DNA of 64,000 nucleotides from contig NC_068999.1 in assembly GCF_001194135.2 (NCBI RefSeq), forward strand, positions 693,332-757,331, given 5' to 3'. The first letter of the stretch is position 1. Each line of letters opens with the position of its first letter. The position numbers and the translations under genes were made by a program. The notes beneath the pieces were generated by a model. It did not search any database. It was not told the DNA's origin and saw only the letters and a list, made by a program, of their open reading frames with translations. Of this stretch, positions 27,396-40,833 are shown piece by piece. The stretch comes from Octopus bimaculoides (lineage: Eukaryota).

Positions 27396-28133
27396 TGTGA
27401 TTAAGAAAACTCGGTAATTTCATTAGAAATAAAATGCTTTCTCCTTTTACCTTTTCTATTACAATTATAAATGTCTCTGCTCCACGTGCCTGAGAGAGAG
27501 AGAGGGGGGCGGGAGAATTATGGGCATTACCACGTCTTTCAGATCCAGCAAAGAAATGTTTAAAGAAGATGAAATGACGTAAACTATATACTATACGTTC
27601 CTGTGTGCAGTTCGTCAGGCTTCTGTATCTCTATCGGGTAACTCTCTAGTATATTTAAATTGTACGGTCATATATAAGATTTATCTGAGAAACGGCGATA
27701 ATAGCTAAAATGCTATTGATCTATTTCCGGTACAGTAGCGCAGTTCAAGTCCAAGAGCTAGGGCAAAGTAATGTATCACAACTTCGAAATTTACCCACTA
27801 ACAATGACTATCAAATTTATATTTCGTTCATAAGGTCAGAATAATCATCCATAAAAATATAGTATAGGCGTGTAAATTACAGTAGCTCTCTCTTAAGCTG
27901 ACGTTTATACTGAAAACATTGCTAATGTCCATCATCATCACTAAAATAATATGTTGTGAGTTTATTGTGTCTAAAAGTTTCTCCTTTATATGTAACTTAT
28001 TGTCATTTACATAGAGAGCTCAGCCAAAGTTTAAGAAAGTTAAGTAACAGCACTGAATACGAGAAGAGAATAACACCATAATAAACACACATATCTACTG
28101 TACTATTGTAAATGTTTGTTCTTAAACTCAGAC

Positions 28134-28195
<62 letters not shown>

Positions 28196-29457
28196 ATATA
28201 TATCTACATAAAAATATATGTACGTGGAAAAATACACAGGTGTGTGTGTCTCTATATATGTATACATATATGTATGTGTGTCTCTCTCTATATCCTTATC
28301 TGTGCTTGTGTATAACGATGCCAACAGACGTAAATCAATCGCGATATGTACCCTCAAAATAGAGGAAACTCCTGGAAACATTCGTAATTTAAGGAAAATT
28401 CCTGGAACAATCTATTTAGGAATATATTATCCATTGTGTTTTTCTTATTTTAAAAACCGTTGGATATAATTTAAGATTTATTTCCCTACAATTTCTAACT
28501 TATCATTAGCTCATCACACAAATATTGATTAACATTAGGACAGTCTCCATGAAGCAAAGCTATGGTTGAAATTATTGCTGAAGAAAGCCTTTAATGATTT
28601 AATTTTGTACTCACATAATGATTCAAGGGAGTGTAAATGTGAATGTGTATCTATTTGAAAGATGGCGTAATATGATTTCAGGGAGATTAGAGGCGACTTT
28701 TAGCTGATCAAGCACAAAGTAGATACTGCCTCATTCGAATGTTAGAGAACCGTTTGTGTAAGTAAAGTTAAATAGCTTTCTACTAAGTATATAAAATCTA
28801 GCAGAAGATACATCAGCCATTAACTGACATGTTTCCTTTCACGCCATGCCAATATAATATTATATCAGTTATGTTTCATCTCACAGAACACAAATGGATA
28901 AAGTATGGAAGCATTCGTATTAAAAGTCTGAACGAGACAACCGGTAATAATTCACTCTCATAACAAAGAGGACACATATATCATGTTTGTGAAACAATAC
29001 ACCGATCTATAAACTTATATAACAGTCAGCTTATTCGTAAATATAAAATCATTTATCTTTCTAAACGTATCATCAAAATATCAATGAATGCGCTGCTCTT
29101 CTTTTTTTTTCAAGTCTATAGACATGTAATATGTGACAAATGGCATTCACATAAACAAGGAAGCGATTAACCATTGCAGAAGTATGCGACATATCAATAT
29201 AGAAAACTGCTTGGCCTTTGTCAGCCATACTCATCTGTATATCACGGATTTATTCTCTACCGCTCTAGCTCACATATTTACACATAAATATACGTACATG
29301 CACATATACACAGACACAAACACACATACATACATACACATTCATATATGTCTCTGTGTGTGTATACAAGCATACACACATGCACGTATATGCATATGTA
29401 TGTATACGTATGTGTGTGTACGTATGTGTATGTAAGCATACATACTTAATTCTTACA

Positions 29458-30090
29458 TACGAAGGTTAGTTGAAAACTTCATTGGCTGACCATCATGCGC
29501 TTATGGACTGTGAGCTAATGAGGTCTATTTTTCGACAACACCCCCATCCCCATTGCGGTTCACACACTGCTTCCATCGGTGTTGCGGTGCTTGAATCCCA
29601 TTTGGAAAGAAACTTTAATCCTCTTGGTCAAAAAAGACATCCAGAAAAGTTATGACGTCATCATCACTGCCATACTGGTTGCCAGAAAAGTGTTCTTTTA
29701 CTGTTGGGGACAGATGATAGATGGGACCAAATGAGGAGAATAGGAGGGTGAACAACCAGGTCAAAGCTACAGTCATGCAGGGCAGCCATTTGCAGCAACA
29801 GCGTGTATACTGGAGCATTGTCCGGATGAAACAAGACACCATTCGTTAGTTTTTTCTGGGTTTTCGGTCTTGATACCCTTTTGAAACAGCCTCAGCAGTC
29901 TGGCATACTACTCTCCATTGATGGTTTGGCCCTTTTGAAGATAGACAATAAACGCATTGCCTTTTGCATCCCCCAAAACTAAGGCTATCATCTTCCCTGC
30001 ACACCTTAGCCTCCCTTCGATCACGTGATGACAGATGTTTCCATTGCATGGATTATTTCTTTGTCACTGGTTCAAAATGATGAACCCAAA
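29458..30090 (-). mobile_element. Tc1/mariner (DD34D mariner-type) fossil: 3' half of transposase plus one terminal inverted repeat
   Basis: Across frameshifts: WVHHFEPVTKK*SMQWKH, DAKGNAFIVYLQKGQTINGE*YA, GVLFHPDNAP, an HPP-YSP-LVPS remnant, FSGNQYGSDDDVI, SFFPNGIQAPQHRWKQCVNRNGD. The end at 29458 reads TA+CGAAGGTTAGTTGAAAAC, TIR-like with a TA target. Confidence 0.9.
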
Positions 30091-30424
30091 AGTTATTCTA
30101 GATTATGAACACACACACAAATGTGCAGTAATAATGGCGTACCCGGAATGAATAAATAAGTAACGTAATTCAATGGTAGAGTGAGAAATCCATGAACCAG
30201 GTACCCCAAAACAGCCGGAAGGACGTGGACGATCGGTGTGAGCGTTCGGTAAATGATCTCAATTCAGCGAACAAATAATTCTAAAAACGTTTCAAGCATG
30301 GCTCTACATCAAAAAAGAGAAAAACGAGAAGTTCAGAGAAGGAAGAAAAAGGAAAATCGCCAATCGTCCACGTGTTGTTACATTTCTGAAATGTAACCAC
30401 ACTTTTCCCCTTTCTCCTTTCTGA

Positions 30425-30468
<44 letters not shown>

Positions 30469-31429
30469 TTTGTTTTATTAATGTGTGTATACATCGATCG
30501 ATCGAGAGATAGAGGGGAGAGAGAGAGTAAAAGAGTGAGAGACGTGCGTATATGTGCATATCGGTATTCACATGTCTGAATAGAAACCGATCGCACGTTT
30601 TTATTAAATTGTTATAAATACAACAAATGTTGAATAAATACATACTTTCTAAGTTTGTGACAATATAATGGGATAATTAGATTTCCAATAATAGTTTTAC
30701 GAAATGCAGAGAGAGAAACATAACAAAACAAAATGGTATTTGAAATCCACATTACGACATCACAATTGGAGGAGTATAAAAAGAAGAGAAACACGAAGAA
30801 GACTATTGAGTTCTATAATTGTACCTGAACAAAATCTAATGCTTTAAAAACAACCAACTTTATTCTTTAAATTATGTCAGAGTGGAAGATTTTAGTTTGA
30901 CTGCGACAAAAGCTATATGTTATTAAGGATCGGTTTTAGTACTTTGAAGAAAGTGCGGTCCTACTGTCTTAAGTATATACCATCATGCCTTCTTGAATAA
31001 TATGAGTAGATCTGAAGAATTAAATAGCAATGAAATCCCATATCGATTAGAAAATTGTCTTAGCATGATTATGTAGCAGCAATATGGCTCAGTGATTTGT
31101 TTTAAGAAGAGACTGGATTTATTGCGATAGACCAATTTGTGCTCCATCATATATTTAACTATAATTTAGAATAAATGTTAAATTTAAGTCAGTCTATGGA
31201 CAATAGTATTCCTGGTGTTTTAAATGAAGCGTTAAACATTTGACTACCTCAATTCGGGAGTATTTAACATAATTATTTCTAATATTTCTTATCTTTCCAG
31301 AATCACAGGAATCTATTGAGTTGGCACATAATTTCGTTATCTGTAGCGTTTCATTTAACCTTTATGAGAATTACAGTCATTAATGCATTGAATAGAATGC
31401 TCTGCTGCAGATGGTCTGACTCTTTGGTC

Positions 31430-31515
31430 ACTGAGTTCACATTCTCTACAGGTTACCTTTGCACTCCATTCTTACGAGTCTGATAAAATGAATAACCAAT
31501 CGATTGGGGTCGATT
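31430..31515 (+). mobile_element. SINE family B fragment
   Basis: CTGAGTTCACATTC...CCTTTGCA..CCATTCTTACGAGTCTGATAAAATGAATAACCA...TGGGGTCGAT. Confidence 0.6.
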
Positions 31516-33175
31516 GGTATAAATGTTAACGGAGGGAGTAAATGGAAACTAATATTGTGTAATTTAAACACACAACTTAAAATTTAAGCAGAATTAATGC
31601 CTTGTTTTTTTTTCCGGATACCTTAAGGAAGGCGTTAATTGAGCAATGTGAAAGAAAAAAATATATGGAAAATCAGGTATCACTTATTACAAAATGCATT
31701 ATATTAAAACTAGGAAAAAGCGAGACCTCATCCAGAATATGTGTGATTATATTTGTTGCTATTTCTGCCTCGCAACATCACCTCACAGTTAGTTAGAAAT
31801 ACGATTTGTCCAAGTAGCACGAGATTAAATCTGTAAAATAAAAGATGGTTTAAAACTTCTAAAGCAAAACGTCAGCAGTTTCTCTGAAGATTTCACCTGA
31901 AAGACACACGAAAATGCAGACGCACACACAGATAACCAGCATACACATGTACTAAATTTTAACTATGTATATGAATATATACATATNNNNNNNNNNNNNN
32001 NNNNNNNNNNNNNNNNNNNNNNNNNNNNNNNNNNNNNNNNNNNNNNNNNNNNNNNNNNNNNNNNNNNNNNNNNNNNNNNNNNNNNNNNNNNNNNNNNNNN
32101 NNNNNNNNNNNNNNNNNNNNNNNNNNNNNNNNNNNNNNNNNNNNNNNNNNNNNNNNNNNNNNNNNNNNNNNNNNNNNNNNNNNNNNNNNNNNNNNNNNNN
32201 NNNNNNNNNNNNNNNNNNNNNNNNNNNNNNNNNNNNNNNNNNNNNNNNNNNNNNNNNNNNNNNNNNNNNNNNNNNNNNNNNNNNNNNNNNNNNNNNNNNN
32301 NNNNNNNNNNNNNNNNNNNNNNNNNNNNNNNNNNNNNNNNNNNNNNNNNNNNNNNNNNNNNNNNNNNNNNNNNNNNNNNNNNNNNNNNNNNNNNNNNNNN
32401 NNNNNNNNNNNNNNNNNNNNNNNNNNNNNNNNNNNNNNNNNNNNNNNNNNNNNNNNNNNNNNNNNNNNNNNNNNNNNNNNNNNNNNNNNNNNNNNNNNNN
32501 NNNNNNNNNNNNNNNNNNNNNNNNNNNNNNNNNNNNNNNNNNNNNNNNNNNNNNNNNNNNNNTATATATGTATGTATAAATATATATATATATGTATACA
32601 TATATGTCCATGTAAATATATATCTGTACACACATACATACATATATAAGTCAGAGTGAGAGAGAAAAAGAAAGAGAGAAGCGAATGAGAAAGCATCATA
32701 AAACTAATTGAAACTTTCGATTACGAGATGAGATGTTAATATAAATTGTATTTATATCACAATATACATAAAATGTATGTATGAGCATGTGTGTGTATGT
32801 ATATAAATATATATATATATATATATACAAGCATACATTGGTGTGTGTATGTATATATTANNNNNNNNNNNNNNNNNNNNNNNNNNNNNNNNNNNNNNNN
32901 NCAAATATATTACAAATAATGTTACTTGATGAACATTTGTTCAAATTTCAAAAATGAAACGAAAACAATTACAAAAAGAAATTATTTCACTAATTTTCAT
33001 GAACTTTATGACGACATTGAATATGATAACGCTGAGAAAAAAATTAATTACGATATTAATAAGAATATATTCATATAAATAATAAGATGTAAAATAAAAT
33101 TTTTATTTTCCTCATCGTCGTCAACATAATCATCAACATCACACTAATGCCAGCAATAACAACAACAGCAACGTC

Positions 33176-33228
<53 letters not shown>

Positions 33229-33429
33229 TAATGATTGTTGTTGTTGTTGTTATCGGTGAACTGAAGAGAGAAAGTATGTTATTTGATAAGCTTTGTTGCA
33301 AAAATAAAAATAAATATTATGTAATAATTATACTAGACTAATAGTTTTTCTTTGTTATAATTATAATTAACTTTAGCTCTTAAAATTAGTTTGTAGTCTG
33401 AATAATTAAAATAATGATAATAATGACAC

Positions 33430-33489
<60 letters not shown>

Positions 33490-33490
<1 letters not shown>

Positions 33491-34392
33491 CTTTTCTTCA
33501 TTGAACACAAGGGCCAAACACAAAACAAAAAGGGACAATATTGCACAAGGGGACTTAAACATAAAACTTTGTGTATGAAAAAGCAATAACAGTTAATAGC
33601 AAAAATTTAACAATGAAACATTCGAAAAAATGGAATTCCACCCAGGGACAACCAATGAACCCCGCACAACCCCGTCTCCTCCGACCAACTATTGCACCTC
33701 AAGTATGCACCTCACAGTTTCTCAACCCTTCCGGCTTACAAGCGTATATACAGATTGGTCCACTTCCCACGGATCATCCTCGCCACATTCGTCCACCTTT
33801 CAACAAAAATACTGGAGTAGGGGGCAGAAGTTCCAACTTGATCCTCACTTTCCATTTCAAGTTGAATGTGAAAAAGTTACAATCTCGTCCGCGGCATGGC
33901 ATCTTTTGCAATGGCCACCAGATAGAGCAAAATTTCCTCCCCTTCCTGGCCAATAGAAGGCGGCGGAGCAATCATGATGATAGACTCGGCTGATAACCGG
34001 ATAATACGTGCGTCAACAGCTGTTCGGCGAAGTCAGCAATGCCTGTGATGCAGCGCGTGTAGTGGAGCTTGTTGTCGATAGAACTGTTCAGATTTGTGCA
34101 TGTCTGAGCATCACAACCAACTTAACCACAAGCGCCAACTTCTCAGCTAACATATTGGCCAAAATCTTATAATCTTTGCTCAGCAAAGTTATAGACCTAA
34201 AATTATTTGCTACTCCTTGTTAGCATCTTTTCTCAGTCGCACCACTAAGCCGCAGCTCACAGCACTGAGGAACCTCCAGTTTTGCTGTCAAATTCGATAA
34301 TGACCCGTTTAGAGATCACCGAATAGGCCCGGCAATAGAAAAAATTCGCAGTGTACACCAACAGCCCCGTGGACACTTGCTGTTGCCACTGG
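33490..34392 (-). mobile_element. Tx1/L1-like non-LTR retrotransposon remnant, internally deleted, ending in (ATT)n
   Basis: Minus strand 34207-34124 encodes NNFRSITLLSKDYKILANMLAEKLALVV (RT N-terminal NxRPIxLLxxDYKIxA motif), then frameshifted DAQTCTNLNSSIDNKLH. It then passes directly into a C-terminal-like segment (RLSAESIIMIAPPP...RWTNVARM), a 3' UTR and (ATT)n at about 33438-33489. Confidence 0.85.
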
Positions 34393-34566
34393 AGGTGGTG
34401 GTGGTGGTGGTGGTGGAAGAGGTGACCGCTTTCGCTGGCATTGTTGTTCTTTGTTGCCATTATTTTTTTTTGTTTCTGCGATGGTCAAGGTGATGATGAA
34501 AACAGCATAATGTTTCTTCCATATTATTCACATGCGCTATTCTTCTTCTTCTTGCTGTTGTTATTG

Positions 34567-34598
<32 letters not shown>

Positions 34599-35343
34599 AT
34601 AGCTCTCAATGTTTTTTATGACTTGGCTGTTCTCTTTTCCAGATGACCGGCTGTTCTTTTCAGCAGACGAAAAATTCTCATTCGCCATACATAATACATA
34701 CATACATACATACAAAGAATATCAAGGAAGGACGCAAAAGCGGCTATACTGTCGTCAACATATAAAGTAAACGTAGAATAAGTCTACAAATACGTAGGAA
34801 TGCTCGCTAATTAAAATATATTATTTTATATTGATACGGTGAAATTATATCATGCTATAGAACAAAAACAAATTCACGATATTTAAGTCTTTTACGTCTG
34901 ACAAAATATATGTACGAACCTGTATGCGTGTGTACTTATATGTGATTCTTAAGAGCTGCAGAATATATCGCTAAAACCATGTTCAACAGTGTTATTTTCC
35001 GCTCTAAAATCTTATATTTTCCAGGAACTCGATTCATATATTTTGTATCAGCATATTTGTGTTAATTTTCCGATCGCTTGTTTTAATCTCCCCAGAAGCA
35101 AGTTTAGCTTCGTAACTTTTGCCTGGAAGGTTGATATACATCGCAATATTCTATTTGACTGGACAAAACAAAGTAAAAAGCAAAACTTACTGCATATATA
35201 TGTTCCCCCTGGAGAATTATGGAAGATTTTCGATCATTCATAAAATCTCTGTACAAAAACATATCAACAGATTGTTTCATGCGCTCTAAGCTTCTTAAAA
35301 TACAGAACCTTGAGGAATTCTAACACACATCTGGACAAAGTGC

Positions 35344-35413
<70 letters not shown>

Positions 35414-35613
35414 AATTCATCTCTTAATTTTTCATTTGTTTCTTTTTCCTTTTTCTGTTTTTTTAAATTTTATTTTTATCGAAAATTCTCTCTGGTGTGT
35501 TTATTTTAATGGCCTATCAATATATACAGTGAGTATATTTGCTCTAGGCGTTGGGATAATTATCGGCAAGAAATGGAAACAAAACTGAAAGAAGAAACAC
35601 TCATAATAATAAT

Positions 35614-35756
35614 CTTGATGCTATAGGTGCAAGGCCTGAAATTTGTGGGTGGGAGATGGTCGATTACATCGACTCTAGCACTTCACCGGTACTTAATTTA
35701 TCGACCCCGAAAGGGTAAAAGGCAAAATCGACCTCGGCGGTATTTGCACCTAGAAC
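35614..35756 (-). mobile_element. SINE family B, head-truncated, short (ATT) tail
   Basis: CAAGGCCTGAAATTT...GTCGATTACATCGAC...CCGGTACTTAATTTATCGACCCCGAAAGGG.AAAAGGCAAAATCGACCTCGGCGG. Confidence 0.9.
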
Positions 35757-36379
35757 ATGAAGACTCAAGAATTATCTTATACAAACGACACCAGGACAAT
35801 GTGGAAGTAATTATCTATTTGGTGGTCTCTGGAAATTACGGCCTACAAAGAGCAAAGACGTGGTATGAACGAACACCAGAAGGAGTCACCGAAAATGAGA
35901 ACTGCAAAATCCCGTAGTCCTTGGCTTAACATCCATGCACGAAGAGCAAAAGATTGACTTAAGTGATACGTCACACGTACTGAAAAGTGCATTTTCCCTT
36001 CTCTCGACACGAAATGTAAACCAAATAGAAAGAAGAGGAGGATGATGATGATAATGATAACACCAAGACCAATGACAACAATAACGAATTTAGCAGATGG
36101 TCTGGAATACGATACAGAAGTGTTAACTCGGCCCTTGTGCTTGTCTAGGCCATTGATGTATTGAGTGAGGATGAAATGTAAAATTGACATGAGTGGTATT
36201 TGGTCCGAGACTGCCGGAAGCGTCGGATGAAGCGGTTGATCATGGGAATGCGATGATTCGTTTCACGCTGGTGATGGGGATAATTAGTATAAGCAATTAT
36301 GCTAATTATCCTCATCAAGAAACGAAGCATTAATCGTAAGGTCGGTGGAAATGTCGATGTGGACGGAAATGCGAGAAAG

Positions 36380-36707
36380 ATGATGTGGATGACGACGACG
36401 GCGATACGTTGAAGAAGGCAACAATGGTGGCGATGGTGGTGGTGGAGAAGATGATGACGATGATGATGATGACGATGATGATGATGAAGACGTTGATAGT
36501 GTTGATAATGAGGATGACGATGACGATGACGATGACAAAGACGATGACAACGAAAAGTCGACGACAACGGAGAAGACAGCGATGACGAAAATGACTGCAA
36601 CGACGACGATAATATTTATTATGGCGAAGATATTCCACAGCATCATTATTGTCATCATCATCAAATAGTAAATGATGTTGCTGACGATTATAATGGTGGT
36701 GGTGATA

Positions 36708-36755
<48 letters not shown>

Positions 36756-36790
36756 GTGATGATGACGACGACGACGACGACGTCGACGAT
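36380..36790. repeat. Degenerate (GAT)/(GAC) microsatellite field
   Basis: Directly visible. Confidence 0.95.
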
Positions 36791-37397
36791 GTTAATAAGG
36801 ATATGATAGTTTTATATGTTGAATATTTTGAATTTTTCTATTATTCATCTTCCGAAGACGTTTTTCAGCCCTCTCCAACTCTCCCTCTCTCCAACCCTCT
36901 CTCTATCATTCTGACTATCTCTCTCAACTTTTCCCCCTCGCCTTCTCTCTCTTTCACTCTCTCTCTCACCACATCCACAAATTTGTCGTTGTTTACTTTG
37001 TCACTTGTTTACTTTGAAGTCAGTTTCAATGCAGAGATCGAAAACCAGATAAACAATAACAAAAATATCCACAACATGAAAGCTGACATTAAAGTAAAAA
37101 AAAGGGGGGCAAAAGGAAAGAGAAAGAAAGAAAAACAATGAAAAGAAATAACTGAAACAACTACATCAACAGAATTATATAAAAAAAGACAGAAAAGCAA
37201 AAACAACGAATATATAAGAAGAAACAAATATTAACATAAGATGAATAACAAGAATTTGATATTAAAACTTGAAGGAAATTGCGTACGAAAAACGACCGCT
37301 CACACACAGGCACTCACATGCACAAACATGCACACGTACATACACACACACATACATATAGACAGTCGTATATATCTGTATATATATCAAGAAATAA

Positions 37398-37435
<38 letters not shown>

Positions 37436-38028
37436 TCATGGTCATGCACACACACATGTATATACACACACACAAATACATATATATATATATACACACA
37501 TACACATATATATATATACATATATATATATATACATACATACACTCATATATATATATACAGGTGGATATATAAATAATATAAAAATATATACACATAA
37601 ATATATATGTGCGTGCATGTGTGTGTTTCTGTGTGAATGTGTGTGTGTGTGTGTGTGTATTTTCTTAAAGAGAGAAGGACACGTATTTTATTTTTTTGTT
37701 CTCCATATCTGATGAAGATAAGAGATAATTTCTAATTATTTCACAGAAAAAAAAGTACACTTTTGAAAATTTTCATTTTATATGATCGTTTAATTTTTAA
37801 AATTTCTGTATTTTTTTGCTTTTTTTTGTTTCTATCTTAATATTTCCCAGTATGAGACTCGAAACATAAAATTGAATAAACACATTATTTGGAGAATTCG
37901 TTTTGTGCTTTGTGCGTTCCTGTGATGCGTTCGGTTGTTTGCGGATACGTCTTTCTAAGTATTTGTGCATTTGTGTGCCTTTTGCTTCACTGGGATCCAT
38001 TGGCATACATACATATATGCATGCATAC

Positions 38029-38132
<104 letters not shown>

Positions 38133-40079
38133 TACATGTATGTATGTATGTTTGTATATGAGTTGCTCGATGTTAAAATTTGTTATTATATTATCATTTA
38201 AGTGTGCTAGTTTCATTGCTTTGTCAATTTTTTGGTTGATATTTAATAAATGACTGAAAAACTCAAAATTTTAATCTTGTAATCCATATCTAATTAGGAA
38301 ATTTCTATTTGTTCTATATTAAATCTAGTAAAAGAAATATTTACCATGTTCCGATTCCCATAGCTTCCTTGGAATAATATGCTTCCAATCAGCAGCGACC
38401 GGATGGATTTATCAAAGCATTAGTTTATTGGGTTTTTTTTATGCTAAACTGAAGCAAATCTTTCAAAAATTTAGTTCACAAATTAATTAAAAATAAATTA
38501 TCAATATGGTAAATTGAAATATGAAAGATAATGAAGAAAACATTGTGTCGTATTGACTTACGCAACATCATAATGCTCTATGACTATAGCGATTCAAATA
38601 CATCCCAATACGTTTCCAGTTTGATCCTTCTGGACTATATTTCAGAGTGTAATGCACCGAGATCTATACTAACCCGTGTGCCCTTATTTCCAAATGATTA
38701 GACTCCACTTTGAGAGAAATCGTTTTTTTATGATTCAAGTATGCAAACGAATCAGAGTTATACACTTAGAATCAAGTAAAAATATAGACACCATCTACTG
38801 TCGAAACGCACGTAACTAAGAATTACATGTAAAACGAAAAATGTTATTGGGTTTATTATATTGCATTGAATTATATATATGTATATATATAAATGTATGT
38901 ATTTAGAAAGATACATATATATTTATACGAGTGTGTATATATATACATGTATGTAGACACACATGTGTGTAGACGCACATGCAAATACACACACANNNNN
39001 NNNNNNNNNNNNNNNNNNNNNNNNNNNNNNNNNNNNNNNNNNNNNNNNNNNNNNNNNNNNNNNNNNNNNNNNNNNNNNNNNNNNNNNNNNNNNNNNNNNN
39101 NNNNNNNNNNNNNNNNNNNNNNNNNNNNNNNNNNNNNNNNNNNNNNNNNNNNNNNNNNNNNNNNNNNNNNNNNNNNNNNNNNNNNNNNNNNNNNNNNNNN
39201 NNNNNNNNNNNNNNNNNNNNNNNNNNNNNNNNNNNNNNNNNNNNNNNNNNNNNNNNNNNNNNNNNNNNNNNNNNNNNNNNNNNNNNNNNNNNNNNNNNNN
39301 NNNNNNNNNNNNNNNNNNNNNNNNNNNNNNNNNNNNNNNNNNNNNNNNNNNNNNNNNNNNNNNNNNNNNNNNNNNNNNNNNNNNNNNNNNNNNNNNNNNN
39401 NNNNNNNNNNNNNNNNNNNNNNNNNNNNNNNNNNNNNNNNNNNNNNNNNNNNNNNNNNNNNNNNNNNNNNNNNNNNNNNNNNNNNNNNNNNNNNNNNNNN
39501 NNNNNNNNNNNNNNNNNNNNNNNNNNNNNNNNNNNNNNNNNNNNNNNNNNNNNNNNNNNNNNNNNNNNNNNNNNNNNNNNNNNNNNNNNNNNNNNNNNNN
39601 NNNNNNNNNNNNNNNNNNNNNNNNNNNNNNNNNNNNNNNNNNNNNNNNNNNNNNNNNNNNNNNNNNNNNNNNNNNNNNNNNNNNNNNNNNNNNNNNNNNN
39701 NNNNNNNNNNNNNNNNNNNNNNNNNNNNNNNNNNNNNNNNNNNNNNNNNNNNNNNNNNNNNNNNNNNNNNNNNNNNNNNNNNNNNNNNNNNNNNNNNNNN
39801 NNNNNNNNNNNNNNNNNNNNNNNNNNNNNNNNNNNNNNNNNNNNNNNNNNNNNNNNNNNNNNNNNNNNNNNNNNNNNNNNNNNNNNNNNNNNNNNNNNNN
39901 NNNNNNNNNNNNNNNNNNNNNNNNNNNATATATATATATATATATATACATACATACATACATATATATATATATGTATATATATAAATGTATGTATTTA
40001 GAAAGATACATATATATTTATACGAGTGTGTATATATATACATGTATGTAGACACACATGTGTGTAGACGCACATGCAA

Positions 40080-40116
<37 letters not shown>

Positions 40117-40761
40117 CTCTGAAGCTGTGCTATGTTTCACAGGGATATTAGAAAGAGGACAATCGTTATTTAAAATATAACTGATACTATAAAACAGAAG
40201 ATAAATTGCTCATTAAGAATGAACAATTTTTACTGCGCCAAGTGAAGAATGGAAATTGTTTAGCTAACTGCTTTTCCAACATCAAACGTGAAACTCCGCA
40301 CCAAAAGAAAAAGAAAAGAAAGAACAATAATAACTGCGAAAAGGGTTGATGTGAATGTTGCTAATAATATGTGATCAATGACTTCTCTTCCCTGTTAACG
40401 TGAAACGATGGTAGGAATTATAACATCGACGTATTAGAGGGTGTGAGGGTGAAGACGAAAAAACAAGACATAAAAGAACATGGGAAATATTTGTTCACCA
40501 CCGCTGCCGATATTCGCCGGAATATAAAATGTGATATAACTGAAGGGGATGAAATGGTAAATACACATTAGCCCGATAAAACGATTTTGTGTTTATAATG
40601 CATTTCGGAAAAAATATAATAGTAATTTTTTCCCCTTTTCATCATCATTATTTTTCAAGTTCCGAAGGCTTTGAAGAATTTTAAACACTCTTTATTGTTT
40701 ATGGATGTTTGAGATAGAAACTGAAGATGAAAACAGCGTTTATATATACATACATACATGC

Positions 40762-40798
<37 letters not shown>

Positions 40799-40801
40799 TA
40801 G

Positions 40802-40833
<32 letters not shown>

